Source: Marsupella aquatica (Eukaryota; Plantae; Marchantiophyta). From it: a stretch of 64,000 bases of DNA. Position 1 is the stretch's first letter. Each line of letters begins with the position of its first letter. Below the pieces are notes generated by a model. That model was not told the origin of the DNA and searched no databases. It saw nothing but the letters and a program-made list of their open reading frames with translations. The stretch spans positions 8,050,470 through 8,114,469 of the forward strand of contig OZ316897.1 of NCBI GenBank assembly GCA_973895155.1, given 5' to 3'. Below, one piece after another: positions 61,428 through 64,000 of this stretch. The position numbers were made by a program, and so were the translations under genes.

Positions 61428-64000
61428 GGACCTTAATGCGTGCTGACAAACAAAGAGCTCCGAGGGAGATGAACATCACATCATAATGAAGCGTGTAATG
61501 AAAGTCGAGTAATCTGAGTCAAAGAGTCCGAGCTTGTGGACAACGGTATTGCACAGAAACGATAATATTTGCAATGGTCGGGTTTGGCACAAGAGATTAT
61601 GCACTCGGGGAGAAGTCTTTCTCCAGAATTTTGACCTCAAATAAGGACGTGTGATTTCAAAATCAGAGTCCATCCACGTAGTGTTCACGAACAGAATGGA
61701 ATGTAAGAATGCTCATTTGTTTGAAACTTCCTGGATGTATAGAGAACTTTCTTTCTTTTTAGTGTAGAGTGCTTGTGTATAGCAGTAATTCTGCAGACTC
61801 GGAAACTGAGGCTCCGTCAATTTTATGAAATAAAACTCATCACTGGCCTCCGATCAGTTGATTAACATGGCGTCTGATTTACTGACATATATGTCCTGCA
61901 TGATAGCTAGCTGGAGCATCTTCAGGCGAGACTAGCTTCAGGGGTAATTATGAGTTGAGCAATTGGCCAGACTCTGCGCCATTCAGTTCTGAAAATGTCA
62001 GAGGACTCGCGTGTGCCACTTTTACGGTGTTCTCAAGCCTTGGCATATGAATGAGAAGGTCAAGACCATCAGGAACCTCTTAGCTTTGGTATCTGCCGAA
62101 CAACATCAACTGAAATTTGAGTGTCATATCTCCAGATACTTTCGCAGCAGTTTTCCCCCTCATGCGACTATAAATTGATTGGGTAAACTGAGCTGAGAAT
62201 GAAATTTCAATTCAATTAAGACTTCTTTCTTTGCCAGATCAGGAAGTGCAGCATGATAATGCACCAGATGTTCTTCTTTGTGTGCGAATTACTAGAAGTT
62301 GGGTGATTCTAACATTGATGGCTTCCAACTTAATTAATTCTGTTTTGTTAGGTTGATCGCAGCAGAGCTACCTTAGTCCACACCAAAAAGGACTGATAAA
62401 ATAACAATCTCAAAATGCAGTCGCTCGTTCTCAACTTGGGGTGCCAGGAATCCTGCACAATGATGATTTTTTGTAAAACCAAATAATTTACATTGGATAA
62501 CATAATGAACTCAATTTAAACCACCACTGTCCTTCCCACTTCTCTCCTCTAGGGTGAGACTTTGCTCCACAATTTCAGGGGAAAAGTCTAAAAATGGTGA
62601 AACCTGGTGGATCCAGGTTTTGTCATGGACAGTGGCTTTTAAGGGTAAAACCAGATAAATTACATTGGATAGCAAACCGGAATTTGTTGAAGCTGAGAAT
62701 TATTTGGTATGATCTACCTAGTGTTGGACACACTTATATTCAGGTATCTCGAGTAAAGGTAGAACCAAAACTGGTCTAGGTGGCTCGTCAACTGAGTAAC
62801 ACACTGTAAGTAAAGTGTGAAAGTATTGTGCTCTGGAAACAAATAACTGATTGTAATCTATTCAGAAAATTATGTTTGAATGTACAGGATTGAGTGCTGG
62901 AGATGTCCAAAAAGTCCCAAGTTTTTTCACCTTAAGTTCAAATATCACACCAAACAGATTTCAGCTCAAACAAATTTCATTTCATGTTCTAAAAAAACAT
63001 TAGGTTTCACCAGAAATTTGCATTCTGCAGGTTTCGTGGCGCCCCTTGACGAGAAGTCGCGCCGTGGGGAGGCAGACCATGGATTAACTATCATGGGCTT
63101 ACTGCATTTTCATAATTTCAGAAGGTCTAGTAGAGAAGGTGTAAGTCCTTTGGTGGTGTAGTGTCCATCAAGTAATGAAGATGTAATGCCTTCTTTGCTG
63201 GTGGCAATCGCAGCAAGACACTTTTTACATATGGGTGAACGAGGAGTCCTGGAAACTTGGGGTCTTTTTAATATGATGTGATGTCGACGAAAATAGTCCC
63301 CGAATCTACCAATTCTGACATTCGAGCATGATCAATTATTGTCTCTATTTCTAGGCATGAGATCCATCTCAGACATTCTCAAGCCTACAGCTATTATCGT
63401 AGGTATTCTTCGCAATGCGCTGTTACTCGTCCCCAAAATCCCAGCCAAGACAGTTTTGGTGGCCTTTTTCACTGAACACGACAGTAATGGCCAAATCTTT
63501 CAGTGCCAGGGACTTGCTCCTCGCCACTTACAGCCAGGTAAGCTATGAAGGTTGGTGGCTCTCACAATTTGCTTTCCGGAGCTGGTCCTCGACACTGGAA
63601 GGGAGAGATCAAGTAACCAACACTCAACCTTATAAGGAGATTTCCATTTAACGAGTGATGCACCGGAGTCCTTTCCCTTTACACAACTATTTTCTACTGT
63701 ACCGATAGGGAAGGTTCGAGAGATCATTGGCTGGCATTCACATCGGTTTGCTCACCTTTTCTTTGTTGCATGTGTCGTTTCTTGTTTCGAATTATGAAAT
63801 GTTGTCAAGTTCTATATTAAATTCAGGAGGGGCATATCATTAATTTCCCAAAAGCGAGCGGTATCATTACAGAACTGTTGAACACGTCGATCAGTCGGAA
63901 AAATATATAAAAATTCAAAGTAGATGAAACATATGTTTTCACGGTTGGCAGCTTCAATCTTTTCTGAGCTGCAGCTCATTGTTACTGTCACTAGCACGAC

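Noticed and set aside
63100-63300. Minus-strand SPICKKC peptide as a LINE zinc-knuckle remnant
   Set aside because: The expected downstream His/Cys spacing and any adjacent RT motifs are absent.

Overview
Eukaryotic, intron-containing land-plant DNA. Compact introns, long leaders and the gene content suggest a non-seed plant, probably a bryophyte such as a liverwort (inference). Left to right: (1) a 5'-truncated midasin/MDN1 (Rea1) AAA+ ATPase gene, about 38 exons in the window, ending at 24594, with a 7.2-kb internal exon and two GC-AG introns; (2) a frameshifted SDR pseudogene of fungal-like appearance among tandem repeats; (3) a 3-exon phosphoribosylamine-glycine ligase (PurD/GARS) gene on the minus strand; (4) a transposon-relic zone with an RLE/CRE-type non-LTR fragment, a TIR element and dispersed repeats; (5) an 8-exon gene for an acidic, Gly/Pro/Met-rich protein with a C-terminal RRM; (6) an intronless group C/D-type MAP kinase kinase; (7) a repeat-rich interval; (8) a 4-exon chimeric gene: signal/anchor, two Cys-type LysM domains, a class IIIb GH18 domain with the catalytic motif altered to DxAxE, a Pro/Ala/Ser/Gly AGP-like stalk and a GPI-like tail. 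This last gene is the most interesting candidate, possibly a membrane-tethered chitin-binding pseudo-chitinase. All exon boundaries were read by eye and have no transcript support.
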